This document shows positions 49,424 through 59,627 of a DNA stretch of 64,000 nt, in pieces. The stretch covers positions 4,064,001 through 4,128,000 of the forward strand of contig OZ240248.1 in the NCBI GenBank assembly GCA_965198235.1, written 5' to 3'. How positions within the stretch are numbered: position 1 is the stretch's first letter; every line of letters starts with the position of its first letter. A program made the position numbers and the translations under genes. The notes under the pieces are model-generated. The model did not search any database. It was not told the DNA's origin and was given only the letters and a program-made list of their open reading frames with translations. The DNA comes from Candidatus Poribacteria bacterium. Its GTDB lineage: Bacteria > Poribacteria > WGA-4E > WGA-3G.

Positions 49424-50362
49424 ATGACCCCAACAGAATTCATTGCAAAAAAACAGAAGACCTGGGATGAACTTGAGGCATTGCTAAACCATTCACGCCG
49501 TGCGAGTGCGGGTCAACTCAATCGACTCGGGTATCTATACCGGCGCGTTACGTCCGATTTAGCGGTAGCCCGACGCGATTTCCCACAAGATCAATGCGTC
49601 TCATATCTCAACGCCCTCGCTTCACGTGCACACGCCGCTGTATACCAGACCTCTCCTTTCAAGCGTGGCACACTTCGTCAGTTTCTTCTCTCCGGTTTCC
49701 CGAAAGTATTTCGTGAAAACCTCAATTTCATCGTAGCAGCGTTCCTGATGTTCACCCTCTCATTTGCAGCAGCATATTGGATCGCTTTCAGCACTCCCGA
49801 ACTTGCGGAACAAATCGTCCCTGAACGCATCGCGTCTCACATCAAAGAATTGGAGGACGGTGCGTGGAACGATACTTCAGCAGAAAATCGAAACCTATTT
49901 GCATCTTTCGTGATGACGAACAACATTCGGGTCGCGTTTTTTGCCTTTGCTGGCGGCATTATATTCATGGTAGGCACCGCCTACGTTTTAGTTATCAACG
50001 GTATCCTCATCGGTGCAGTCGCAGGCCTGTGTCATGCCAACGGGGTTGCGCTCGCACTCTGGTCGTTTGTGTCGCCGCACGGCTATATCGAACTCACAAC
50101 GATTTTCATTGCTGGCGGCGCTGGGCTGAAATTAGGATACTCACTCATCGCCCCATCGCTTTTTACGCGGAAACGGACTTTGACAGACGCTGCGAGAACC
50201 GCCGTCCAGCTGCTTGGTGGGTGCATTGCGCTGCTTGTCGTTGCGGGGATTATTGAAGGTTTCGTATCGCCGTCCAGCCTACTCCCCGCCGTCAAAATCG
50301 GATTCGGTGCTTTGACGGGAATTTTACTGTTCACCTACCTTTTTGCAGTGAAAGCGCGTTAA
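49424..50362 (+). CDS. Stage II sporulation protein M (DUF95) family membrane protein
   Basis: YRRVTSDLAVAR, NNIRVAFFAFAGG, PHGYIEL, AGIIEGFVSP. Confidence 0.92.
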   Translation: MTPTEFIAKKQKTWDELEALLNHSRRASAGQLNRLGYLYRRVTSDLAVARRDFPQDQCVSYLNALASRAHAAVYQTSPFKRGTLRQFLLSGFPKVFRENLNFIVAAFLMFTLSFAAAYWIAFSTPELAEQIVPERIASHIKELEDGAWNDTSAENRNLFASFVMTNNIRVAFFAFAGGIIFMVGTAYVLVINGILIGAVAGLCHANGVALALWSFVSPHGYIELTTIFIAGGAGLKLGYSLIAPSLFTRKRTLTDAARTAVQLLGGCIALLVVAGIIEGFVSPSSLLPAVKIGFGALTGILLFTYLFAVKAR

Positions 50363-50541
50363 TCTTTTTAATTTTACCTTGCGGTTCGGTCAGATGAGTC
50401 TGAAACGTTGACGTCCCTTTCCGTATATCCGCTCTCCATTACATTACGAGCTACGAACTTTGGTTTCCTTTTTTCACTAACCTCCTCAACTCCAGTCGTC
50501 CGAGATAGACACAGCATCTCAGGTGCCATAAATCGCTACCT

Positions 50542-51942
50542 TCAAATCTGAGACTTTGCTTTCAACTCCAAATACTTATTCACCACCGCCATTGTCAACT
50601 GATGCGCAGGCACATCAATCGTGATGACCCCTCGACGACGCAAAATCTCTAATGTCGCACGCTTCTCCTGTAACAATCGCTCGGCGATCGCTTTCTGGTA
50701 AACCGACTTGGAATCTGTAGATTTCTGTTCCGCCAATTCAACGATACCCGAGTCTGTCAAGGTCACACAAGCAACGAGGTGATGCTTAGAGAGTTGCGAC
50801 ACATAGGCGGCGATCCCTTCAGCAGAATCGCTATCCAAGATGTCCGTAAATAGGATGATGAGCGCACGTTTGCGCTGCTTTGAAGCGAGATACTTGAATG
50901 CCGCTTCAAAATCCGGTTCAACCGAGTGAACAGGGAGTGCATAGATCGTTTCCAGCATCGTGAGAAACTGCTTTTTGCCGGGCTTCGGCGCAAGGTATTG
51001 ATGAACGGTATCCGCAAAAGCGATCAACCCAACTTTATCCCCCTTAAGTGTCGAGACATACGCAGTCATCAAGGTGGTATTAATAGCATAATCCAATTTA
51101 AGCATCAACGGAAGCATGCCATCACGATGATCGTGATCGCGTGACTTCCGAGCCTTTTGCGATGTAACTTCTGCCGAGGGGAGTGTGGTCGCTTCCAAAA
51201 GGATCGGCGATGCCATCAGTCTCCCGGTGTCCAACATAATGACGATATCTTGGCTCCGTTCGGTCTCAAATTCCCGAACAATCGGTTTCCGTTGCCGCGC
51301 AGTGGCATTCCAATCAATACGGCGGAAATCGTCATCAGGAAAATACTCACGGAGTCGCTCCATCTCCGTGCCTTCCCCGAATCGCCGTGAATTCTTAAGC
51401 CCGATCTGATGGAGCATCCCACGTTTTACTAAGAGTTCATATTGTCGAACCGCTTGTAGGTTTGGATAAACTTTTATTTCCGTCGCCGCCGGCACCCGAC
51501 GTTGCCGGACCACAAGTCCCAAGATTCCCTGACACCGTAGATGGACATCTACGAACTGATAAATGCCGCGTCGCAACGGCGTGAGACGATATGATATATC
51601 TGTCTGGTCCATCGGGGAAACATAGCAGTCGTGGACAACCGCATCGAACAGAAACTCGTCGGGGAAATCGTCTTTGAGACGCACCTTGAGTTGGTAGCGC
51701 GAGCGATTGATTACTTCCAGCGTCACGACGTTCTCCACTCCCAACGAAAACTTGGAATTCATCTCGCGGTGAACCTCAACGCCTTTAAAGAGCGGATTGG
51801 TAAGGTAATCCACGGTACTGACGACGAAAAGTACCACCACATAGGCACCACCGACAAATAATAGGTTCGGTGAAACGCTGCTCAGCGCAATCGGAACGGC
51901 TACTGGAAGTAAGAAGATGAGGAGACGGTTGCTTAAATGCAT
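50542..51942 (-). CDS. DUF58 (vWA-like) protein
   Basis: GEGTEMERLREY..DDDFRRIDWNATAR, IMLDTGRLM, GDKVGLIAF, LFTD. Confidence 0.92.
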   Translation of the reverse strand: MHLSNRLLIFLLPVAVPIALSSVSPNLLFVGGAYVVVLFVVSTVDYLTNPLFKGVEVHREMNSKFSLGVENVVTLEVINRSRYQLKVRLKDDFPDEFLFDAVVHDCYVSPMDQTDISYRLTPLRRGIYQFVDVHLRCQGILGLVVRQRRVPAATEIKVYPNLQAVRQYELLVKRGMLHQIGLKNSRRFGEGTEMERLREYFPDDDFRRIDWNATARQRKPIVREFETERSQDIVIMLDTGRLMASPILLEATTLPSAEVTSQKARKSRDHDHRDGMLPLMLKLDYAINTTLMTAYVSTLKGDKVGLIAFADTVHQYLAPKPGKKQFLTMLETIYALPVHSVEPDFEAAFKYLASKQRKRALIILFTDILDSDSAEGIAAYVSQLSKHHLVACVTLTDSGIVELAEQKSTDSKSVYQKAIAERLLQEKRATLEILRRRGVITIDVPAHQLTMAVVNKYLELKAKSQI

Positions 51943-51951
51943 TCTTTTTAT

Positions 51952-52905
51952 CTAACGCGGAATTTCTGCCTCGGCGAGCAACCTATCGATCACGTCGTCT
52001 GGAGTCAATCCCTCAATTTCAGCATCCGGCTTCAGGAGAATCCGATGCCGATAGACTGGCGGTGTCAAGAATTTAACATCGTCAGGCAGAATATAATCCC
52101 GTCCTTGAAGTGCCGCATAGGTTTTGCTCGCCAACAAAAGCGCAATCGAGGCGCGTGGACTTCCCCCTAATACTAACTCATTCGACGCACGCGATGCCTC
52201 CGCCAAACCGACAATATACCTGAAGATTGAATCCTCTACCGTGACCGCTTGGATCGCATCCTGACACGCCTGAAGGGTGGCACTATCAACGACACTTTCG
52301 ATACCGACTGTTTCCAAGCGTGTGGCATTAAAACCGTGATGATAGTTCATCAAAATCTCTGTTTCCACTTCTGGAAGGGGGTAATCCACGCGTAATTTGA
52401 ACAGAAACCGGTCAAGCTGCGCTTCGGGAAGTGGATAGGTGCCTTCATATTCGATAGGATTTTGCGTTGCCAAGACCATAAATGGTGGTGGGAGTTCATG
52501 ACGGACACCGTCAATGCTTACCTGCCGTTCCTCCATACATTCTAAGAGTGCCGATTGCGTCTTCGCGGGCGTACGGTTGATCTCATCAGCGAGGAGAACA
52601 TTCGTGAAAACAGGACCGCGCTTGAGGTTAAATTGGTTCGTCGTCAAATCGTAGACGCTGGTACCGACAATGTCTGACGGCATCAAGTCAGGGGTAAACT
52701 GCACACGGCTGAATTGTCCAGAGACTATCATTGCCAAGGTTTTCGCAACGAGTGTTTTCGCTGTCCCGGGTACCCCTTCTAACAACACATGACCCCCTGA
52801 AAACAGGCTGACGACAATCAGTTCAAAAAGCTCTGTTTGTCCAACAATAACTTTTTGTGCCTCTTGCTTCATTTTTTCAAAAACTGTTTGAACGAGATTC
52901 CTCAT
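51952..52905 (-). CDS. moxR: MoxR-family AAA+ ATPase
   Basis: [63 protein letters not shown]. Confidence 0.95.
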   Translation of the reverse strand: MRNLVQTVFEKMKQEAQKVIVGQTELFELIVVSLFSGGHVLLEGVPGTAKTLVAKTLAMIVSGQFSRVQFTPDLMPSDIVGTSVYDLTTNQFNLKRGPVFTNVLLADEINRTPAKTQSALLECMEERQVSIDGVRHELPPPFMVLATQNPIEYEGTYPLPEAQLDRFLFKLRVDYPLPEVETEILMNYHHGFNATRLETVGIESVVDSATLQACQDAIQAVTVEDSIFRYIVGLAEASRASNELVLGGSPRASIALLLASKTYAALQGRDYILPDDVKFLTPPVYRHRILLKPDAEIEGLTPDDVIDRLLAEAEIPR

Positions 52906-54062
52906 ATCTTAATATACCTTCCAATGTTCGCAACTTCACGATAGGCATCAACTCGCTTTGCAATGTTAAGCAACTGTGTCTCTGATATATCACCGGACGG
53001 TTCCAAGTCCGTCACCAGATTTGTCAGTTCTTCGTTCTCATCAACAGCACCGCGTTCCGTCAATTCCTCCAAAAAAGTCGGAGTGTCTAAATTAGCATTG
53101 ACATGCCAACGGTTACCAAGATCCGCCCTGAACTTGTCGCGAATGTGCCTTAAAATCTCCGAGCGCGTGTCGCCTTTTTGATACAGTACAGTCATCGCGT
53201 GGACGTACTCGGAACTCAAACGTCTACTTCTCTCCTGCACATCTAACGGTTTTCCAAACCGACGACCCCTCAGCATCAGAAAAACGAAAAGCGTAAGGCA
53301 GATATAAACAGCTCCCAAACCACCCGATGTTCCGAACACAAGTGCCGCAAACGGATTCGGAGGTCTGGTCTCAACCGTGTAGTACCTCTTTTCAGCCAGT
53401 CCGATCCGTGCGTTGCGTGGAAGTGTTGACATGAGGTTATAGAGGAACATGGCGTTATCCTCATCATACCGCAGCCCATTTTTGCTGAATAGATAGACTG
53501 AGGCGATGAAGAAAACGCGTCCTTCACCATCGCGTAGCGTCACAACCACTGCTCCATCCTCTGTCTCATAGAGCGCAGCGACCTCGCGCGCCACAGGTTC
53601 AAGAACAAAATTTGTACGGACGCGAACCTCGTCAACCGGATGCCGCGGAAAGAACGGCTTGTCCGCAATTCGCCGTGAGAATTCCTGACTTTTTGGGAAC
53701 TCGCGCAACTTCAAGCCATACACACTGAAAAGTCCATCCAGCACTTGATCGTTTCCAGCCACAATTAAGGTGCCACCGGTATTGACGAAATCCCGTATAT
53801 CCTTAACTTCCGTCTCAGTCGGAGCCTTGTTGAGGTCTTGCAGGAACAACGCATCGTACCTCTCCAGACGTGCAGGATATATCTCGGATATTTCCGTGAC
53901 GCGGAACTTTAGTTTGCGTAAGGTCCGATGAAGGACCGTGCCATCCACTAATGAATCACACGAAATCTGAAAACAGATAAGCGCAATTAAGATGAAACTG
54001 ACTTTTAACCGCAAGTTTTGGCTTGCAAGCTGCGCCAAAAAAGAGACTCGCACGATTCGCAT
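52902..54062 (-). CDS. DUF4350-like membrane-anchored protein
   Basis: [27 protein letters not shown], a TM segment then RRFGKP and EYVHAM; overlaps the moxR start. Confidence 0.75.
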   Translation of the reverse strand: MRIVRVSFLAQLASQNLRLKVSFILIALICFQISCDSLVDGTVLHRTLRKLKFRVTEISEIYPARLERYDALFLQDLNKAPTETEVKDIRDFVNTGGTLIVAGNDQVLDGLFSVYGLKLREFPKSQEFSRRIADKPFFPRHPVDEVRVRTNFVLEPVAREVAALYETEDGAVVVTLRDGEGRVFFIASVYLFSKNGLRYDEDNAMFLYNLMSTLPRNARIGLAEKRYYTVETRPPNPFAALVFGTSGGLGAVYICLTLFVFLMLRGRRFGKPLDVQERSRRLSSEYVHAMTVLYQKGDTRSEILRHIRDKFRADLGNRWHVNANLDTPTFLEELTERGAVDENEELTNLVTDLEPSGDISETQLLNIAKRVDAYREVANIGRYIKI

Positions 54063-54133
54063 ATTTGTCTTTGCCCACACTGATATGACTGTCGAAAACA
54101 CCCAGGATACCTAAATCCAACATTATTAAGCGC

Positions 54134-54354
54134 GTAGGTTGGGTTGAACGGAAAATCACTGAAAATTTGACACAGAAGACGAATCTCAAAGTTCACCCAG
54201 AAATCACAAAAGACGAGTGAAACCCAACTCTTTTTACTTCCACAGCAATGGATTGTTGGGTTTCGCTATATCTATCTACACGAACAAGACATCGAAAATC
54301 AATGTTTTCCGTATAAAAGAGGATATGGCACATTTATCGCTCAACCCAACCTAC
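54134..54354. repeat. Paired inverted GTAG-REP element
   Basis: GTAGGTTGGGTTGAACG...GAAACCCAAC / GTTGGGTTTC...CTCAACCCAACCTAC; same family at 56687-56788, 61859-62090 and, degenerate, 17710-17888. Confidence 0.8.
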
Positions 54355-54400
54355 GCCATATCTACTCGTATTATCAAACTCACGTAAGGCTGTAGCAAAT

Positions 54401-55027
54401 TCAGTTCCTTGTATAGACTTCTTGCAATAGGTTCCGATAATCCGCGACCGTCTCCGCATCGCACGGTTTGTGCCCGTACCACACCTCATCGAAAACGGTA
54501 ACTGCGGGTCCGAGTGTCGCCTGCAGGTCGATGTCCTCTTGTGCTTGATGGAGGTATTCGCGATTGGTGAGACTTTTATCGTAAGGGAGTACGCCGCGCT
54601 CCTGAAGGTGCAAAATCGCAGAGAGATACAGGAAACGGAGTGCGCCGCGAAAGTCGTTCGACGCTTCTGCTGTCTCCGCGTGGGCAAGGGCAGCTCTCTC
54701 CGTCTCTACCCGCTCCTGCGCGGTCCCTGACACATCGTCGCGCGCTTCAATAATCAGGTTCATCCGGATTTGTCGGACAAAAAAGGCGACCACAATCCCC
54801 AATGCGATGGCTCCAAGCGGGAACAACACATACCTGAGATCCCCATCCCATCTCCCTCTGGGTTCAAGGATCTTCGCCAAAGCTTCTCGGTATTCTTCGT
54901 AAGAGACATCCATTTCTGCACGCGCCTCTAATTCTTCGCGAAACGCCTGTTCTTCAGTCTCCATCGCACAAAGAGTAGAAAAACCGATAAGACACACTAT
55001 GACACAAAAACAAACCCTTTTTTTCAC
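54401..55027 (-). CDS. DUF4129 domain protein
   Basis: ALRFLYLSAI..L...G.....SLTNREY...FDEVWYG; GTG start at 55027 with GAGG RBS. Confidence 0.85.
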   Translation of the reverse strand: MKKRVCFCVIVCLIGFSTLCAMETEEQAFREELEARAEMDVSYEEYREALAKILEPRGRWDGDLRYVLFPLGAIALGIVVAFFVRQIRMNLIIEARDDVSGTAQERVETERAALAHAETAEASNDFRGALRFLYLSAILHLQERGVLPYDKSLTNREYLHQAQEDIDLQATLGPAVTVFDEVWYGHKPCDAETVADYRNLLQEVYTRN

Positions 55028-55029
55028 AG

Positions 55030-55418
55030 TTACGCCGCCTCTCTTATAGCATCCTGTTTCACACTGACCCGTTCCAGATACAGAAGTGTCGTTAAAATTG
55101 CCCATATCGGTACCAGAAAGGTAGCGATCAAACCCTTGACAATTAGGATCGCCACCGTAACAGGAGGACTCAATAACTTCGGCAATACTACCTCAATATC
55201 ACCACCGATGAAGAGACTCAAGAATTTGAGAGGCAGTAACGCATCGCGAACCTGTGCAAGATCCGGAACGAACACAGAAAACACTAACAACATAACGCCG
55301 AGTAGCACCGAGGTAACGACCGAACCGGTATCACAATCCGCCAGAACAGCCCACAATGATTACGATACAGCGTGACAATTGTTCCAGCAAGTTTCTTGAT
55401 GTGCTGATCAGCAGGCAT
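55030..55418 (-). pseudogene. Second internally deleted paralog of the 55464-56342 membrane protein
   Basis: ATG 55418 (AAGGA RBS) gives MPADQ...LYRNHCGLFWRIVIP, joined out of frame to a C-terminal PIWAILTTLLYLE segment. Confidence 0.65.
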
Positions 55419-55463
55419 TCCGATTTCCTTGACGTTGTGCGTGAAAAGTGGGGAAGTGAGTTC

Positions 55464-56342
55464 CTAATCCGTTACCCGCATCTCAATATCAAAAGCCTCT
55501 TTCCGAATGCGTAGATCGAAATAGATCAGTGTAGAACCGATGACACTGATCGGCATCGTAAGGGTAGCAATACTTAGGCTAACCAAACGCCGAATCGTAT
55601 AAGAGAACCACCCAATTTCGCTTGGAGTTGGAACAAATAGCTGACGGAGTGTGTCTAAAAGACCCGTAAGTTCCTCGGCTTCAGTCAGCCCCATCCAAGA
55701 GAGGAGAAACCCTGAAGATGCTTCAAGTATAAAATATATCATGAAAGAGATTAGGGAAATCGCCAACATAATTCCAAAGACTCGCCACCAAGTGTTTTTA
55801 ACCAATTCGGTGCTACGGCGCAAAGCATTCCTCGCCGTGGTCCCTTCAAGCAGCACAGGAAGCGGATAGAGACCCCATCGAACTGAAAAATAGATTGCAA
55901 ACGGAATACCAATAATTGTAATCGTCAAACCACCTACAACTAACGACCAGAGAATTAAACTGCCGAGGTACGTCCAAAACCGTTGCCACGCTCGCTGCAA
56001 AGCGATCCCCTGGATAATCTCTCTTCCTAAATAGACATGTGCACTCGCGTATGCCAGCCCAGCAACAACGAACGTAGACACCGCAACACTAAATAAGATA
56101 GTGAATACCAATATCACCAAACCTGTACCCGCCGTGGTATCTGTCTCAAGCAGAAACACAGAAATGAGATCGACACCAAATGACAAAACCAGATAAACGG
56201 CTGCGATTGCTAAAAACAAACGGAAGTGGTTCCGATAGAAACTGAACATCCCATCCAGAATATCCGTGAAATCCATCGGTTGTAGAGGTGTAGTCCCGGT
56301 TTCATTGCTATTCACCTGTGCTAAATCGTTGTGTTCTTGCAT
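55464..56342 (-). CDS. Polytopic membrane protein (GPDPase-membrane/DUF975-like)
   Basis: LQPMDFTDILD...YRNHF, ALRRSTELVKNTWWRVFG, LIYFDLRIRKEAFD. Confidence 0.8.
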   Translation of the reverse strand: MQEHNDLAQVNSNETGTTPLQPMDFTDILDGMFSFYRNHFRLFLAIAAVYLVLSFGVDLISVFLLETDTTAGTGLVILVFTILFSVAVSTFVVAGLAYASAHVYLGREIIQGIALQRAWQRFWTYLGSLILWSLVVGGLTITIIGIPFAIYFSVRWGLYPLPVLLEGTTARNALRRSTELVKNTWWRVFGIMLAISLISFMIYFILEASSGFLLSWMGLTEAEELTGLLDTLRQLFVPTPSEIGWFSYTIRRLVSLSIATLTMPISVIGSTLIYFDLRIRKEAFDIEMRVTD

Positions 56343-56913
56343 ATTTTCCCACCCTTGAAAAGATTTATCGGAATACGGTTATTGTATCACATCTTCTGTT
56401 TATCATCAAGGTTCCGCGGCGGTATTCCAGAGCCATTCAATTCTTCTGTAGGAGGCGGAACATCCAATCAAAAATACTCCGATTCCCGACTCTTACTGAT
56501 TGTTTCTGGAGGTATTTGCCCTCATCTCAATATCATATGATTCTAACCTACATCCCGCCTCACCAGCAGTACCAGTATTATACAATGTAAACTTGACTGC
56601 AGGACTCAGGACACAGAAGCGGATAACTTGGAAACCTTTAAGTTTTTATACAACGTAAGTTTGATAATAAAAATGCCCGTATAAATGTAGGTTGGGTTGA
56701 GCGGTAGGAGTTCCAGACCCTCTGTTTACCCCAGGAGCCCGATTGCCGATGAACCCTTGGTATACACACAGAGATAGCGAAACCCAACAATCCAGCTGCT
56801 TCTGACAACTTGATCGCTGATGGCTGACAAATAAAACCTAATGCGTTGTCTCGGACACAGAGGTGTGGTATACTCTATCTGTTATAGGATTTAGCCACAA
56901 AGGAGAAACCGGA

Positions 56914-57819
56914 ATGCATAGCGAGCGCGTGAGATGGAAAGATAGATGCATATACCGAATAGTGTCTATATTCGGATGGTGGTGCCATCGTCTTCCCAAA
57001 GGGTGGGCACTGCAACTCGGAAGCGGCATAGGGATGCTGTCTTATTATCTCATCAAAAAACGCCGGCAGATCGCCCTAAACAATCTACAGATTGCGTTCG
57101 GCAGCCACCTCACGAACTCGCAACGGACAGAGATTTGCAAGGCGAGTTTCATCAATGTTGGCAAAACCTGTATTGAATTCCTCCGGTTTCCCAAACTTAA
57201 CACCGCAAACATCTGGCACGAAGTCTCTGTAGAAGGGGCAGAAAATCTCCATGCCGCCTTGGCGGGTGGCAAAGGCGCGATAGTATTCCTACCACATTTC
57301 GGGAACTGGGAACTCCTCTCACTCGTATACGGCGCGCTGATTCCCAATCGGGCGAAAGCCATCGCTTTCCCTCTGAAAAACGCTCTCCTTAATACCTACA
57401 TTTGGCAACGTCGCGAGCAGATGAGTTTAAAACTGATCCCTCGGGAGCAAGCGATCCGAGAGACACTGCGTGCCCTCAAAAACAACGATGCAGTCGGTTT
57501 CTTCGCAGATCAGAACGCCGGTCCAGAAGGTGTATTCGTCAATTTTCTGGGGAAACCAGCGTCAGCCGCCCGCGGTCCCGTTACATTAGCACTTAAGACC
57601 GGGGCAGCCCTCCTCTTCTCACTAAGTGTCCGCCAACCAGACGACCGACATCACGTCTATATCTCATCCCCAATTCACCCCAATCCCTCCGGTGACTTTG
57701 AAATAGACATTGAAACTTACACAACACAGATGCTGAAACAACTGGAAGCATATATCCACAAATATCCAGAACAGTGGCTGTGGCTCCACAACCGATGGAA
57801 AACACAACCACATCCCTAA
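56914..57819 (+). CDS. Lipid A lauroyl/lysophospholipid acyltransferase (HtrB/LpxL family)
   Basis: HFGNWE, ADQ, FVNFLG, PEQWLWLHNRWK; AAGGAG RBS. Confidence 0.92.
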   Translation: MHSERVRWKDRCIYRIVSIFGWWCHRLPKGWALQLGSGIGMLSYYLIKKRRQIALNNLQIAFGSHLTNSQRTEICKASFINVGKTCIEFLRFPKLNTANIWHEVSVEGAENLHAALAGGKGAIVFLPHFGNWELLSLVYGALIPNRAKAIAFPLKNALLNTYIWQRREQMSLKLIPREQAIRETLRALKNNDAVGFFADQNAGPEGVFVNFLGKPASAARGPVTLALKTGAALLFSLSVRQPDDRHHVYISSPIHPNPSGDFEIDIETYTTQMLKQLEAYIHKYPEQWLWLHNRWKTQPHP

Positions 57820-57920
57820 AAATTGTGTTGCATCAACGCTGAATCCATGTTAAAATAGAGAGGATTCTCAAAAACAGTGAAAACGTTGCGTCATATTTTG
57901 AACCGCAGAGGGAAATTCTC

Positions 57921-59468
57921 ATGAAAAGATACACCTTGTCCTTCATCGTCTTAGTGTTTGCCATCGGTATCCCGTTTCTGCTCATTAACCCGAGTGGAAA
58001 AGACGCTATAAGCGGAGACGAACGCGTCACCCGTGTGATGTTAACCGACGCACTCACAACCGCCATCCGTATCGCCGAGAAAAACTACTATAAACCGATC
58101 GAAGATACCAATGACATGTTCCGTGGCTCCATCAAAGGGGCACTCGCCTCCCTTGATGACCCATATACATATTACATCAAACGGCGCGATCACCAGCGCG
58201 CTGTCGAAAATCTTTACAATGCCGAATTCGGAGGACTTGGTATTCATATCTACAGTGATCATCGAGGATTTATTAAGATTTCTAAACCGATTCCAAATAC
58301 ACCCGCTGCGCTTGCCAATCTCCAAGCCGGAGATTACATCACCAAAGTCAACAGTAAACGGATTCATCTCAGCGAAAAAACGGGCATAACGCGGGGCGAT
58401 GTCATCGATCTGCTCAGAGGAAAAGCCGGCACCGATGTGACAATCACAGTCCAACGCAAATTTCTTGAACCCTTCGAGGTAACGCTCACCCGTGCCATCG
58501 TTCCTATCAGGAGCGTGAAATCAACGATGCTTGAGGGAGACATCGGTTACATTCAGATCTCAGGGTTCATCGGAAACAAGGATGGCACAGAAGTAGAGTT
58601 TAAAAACGCGCTTGCCGCACACAAAGCCGCCGGTATGAAAGCCCTCATCTTGGATTTGCGGGACAACCAAGGTGGACTCCTGAATGCCGCATATCACATC
58701 GCCGATGCTTTTATTGACGAAGGGCTTATCGTGTCAACAAGAAGCGAAACAAATAGCCAATTTAATGAAGAATATCCGGCAACATCTAATATCCTGTGTC
58801 CACCAGATATTCCACTCGTCGTCCTCGTCAACGAATACAGCGCGAGTGCCTCCGAAATCGTAGCAGGTGCGATTAAGGATACGCGCCGTGGCATCCTCGT
58901 TGGAAAGAAAACTTACGGCAAAGGGGTCGTTCAAAAACGCTACGAACTCCCTGATGGCGGTTCACTGTCGCTCACCATCTCTACCTATTATACACCAAAT
59001 GGCTCCTCAATTAACGAGGTCGGGATTACGCCACAGGTCTCTGTTGATCTTGAGGAACCCGATGAGATAGAAGAGATAATGCTCAGAAAGGTCGATACAA
59101 CCGATTCTGTCGAAAATTTCGTCTCAAAATGGATTGATGATGCCCATCAGAATCCCGGTGAAATGCCCAAAGACTTCTCTCAGCTCGAAACTGAACTTCC
59201 GAAATTACAGCAAACGCTCAAAGAAGAAGAAAACATCACCACCAGTCTACGATGGCTGAAATTGCGGGCAGAGCGGCTCTTTAATCTATATGTCGGTATT
59301 GATCAGGTAGTGAATTTAGACTACGACCGACAATTGCGGGAGGCAATGCGCATTATTAATGCCGATGAAATTAGCAAGTATCTCAACCCTTCACCAGAAG
59401 AAACAGAACCGCCTTCGACGACGCAAGCGAACGTCCCCCTGGAAGATGAGGTTATCACTGAAGAGTAG
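57921..59468 (+). CDS. ctpA: S41 carboxyl-terminal processing protease (CtpA/Prc-like)
   Basis: LDDPYT, FGGLGI (PDZ), LDLRDNQGG, SASASEIVAGA, TYGKGVVQ, YYTPNG. Confidence 0.92.
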   Translation: MKRYTLSFIVLVFAIGIPFLLINPSGKDAISGDERVTRVMLTDALTTAIRIAEKNYYKPIEDTNDMFRGSIKGALASLDDPYTYYIKRRDHQRAVENLYNAEFGGLGIHIYSDHRGFIKISKPIPNTPAALANLQAGDYITKVNSKRIHLSEKTGITRGDVIDLLRGKAGTDVTITVQRKFLEPFEVTLTRAIVPIRSVKSTMLEGDIGYIQISGFIGNKDGTEVEFKNALAAHKAAGMKALILDLRDNQGGLLNAAYHIADAFIDEGLIVSTRSETNSQFNEEYPATSNILCPPDIPLVVLVNEYSASASEIVAGAIKDTRRGILVGKKTYGKGVVQKRYELPDGGSLSLTISTYYTPNGSSINEVGITPQVSVDLEEPDEIEEIMLRKVDTTDSVENFVSKWIDDAHQNPGEMPKDFSQLETELPKLQQTLKEEENITTSLRWLKLRAERLFNLYVGIDQVVNLDYDRQLREAMRIINADEISKYLNPSPEETEPPSTTQANVPLEDEVITEE

Positions 59469-59627
59469 CGGTCAGCGGTCAGCAAAGAAGCGGTCAGCAG
59501 TCAGCAGTCAGAAAGAGTTTTTTTGTGGCAGATTGAACGTTCAATTCCGCCACATACCGATGGTTTCTGATTGCTGAAAGTAAGCGCAGCGAACGTCCTG
59601 ACGGTTTCCGATAGCCATTGCCAAAAC

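Noticed and set aside
49424-50362. Sporulation inferred from SpoIIM- and SpoIVB-like names
   Set aside because: Both families are widespread in non-sporulating bacteria; this gene belongs to the RDD/MoxR cluster.
50386-50420. Hammerhead ribozyme (CAGATGAG...GAAAC)
   Set aside because: The core is CAGATGA, not CTGATGA, and is sequestered in a TCAGA/TCTGA stem inside a REP-type repeat.
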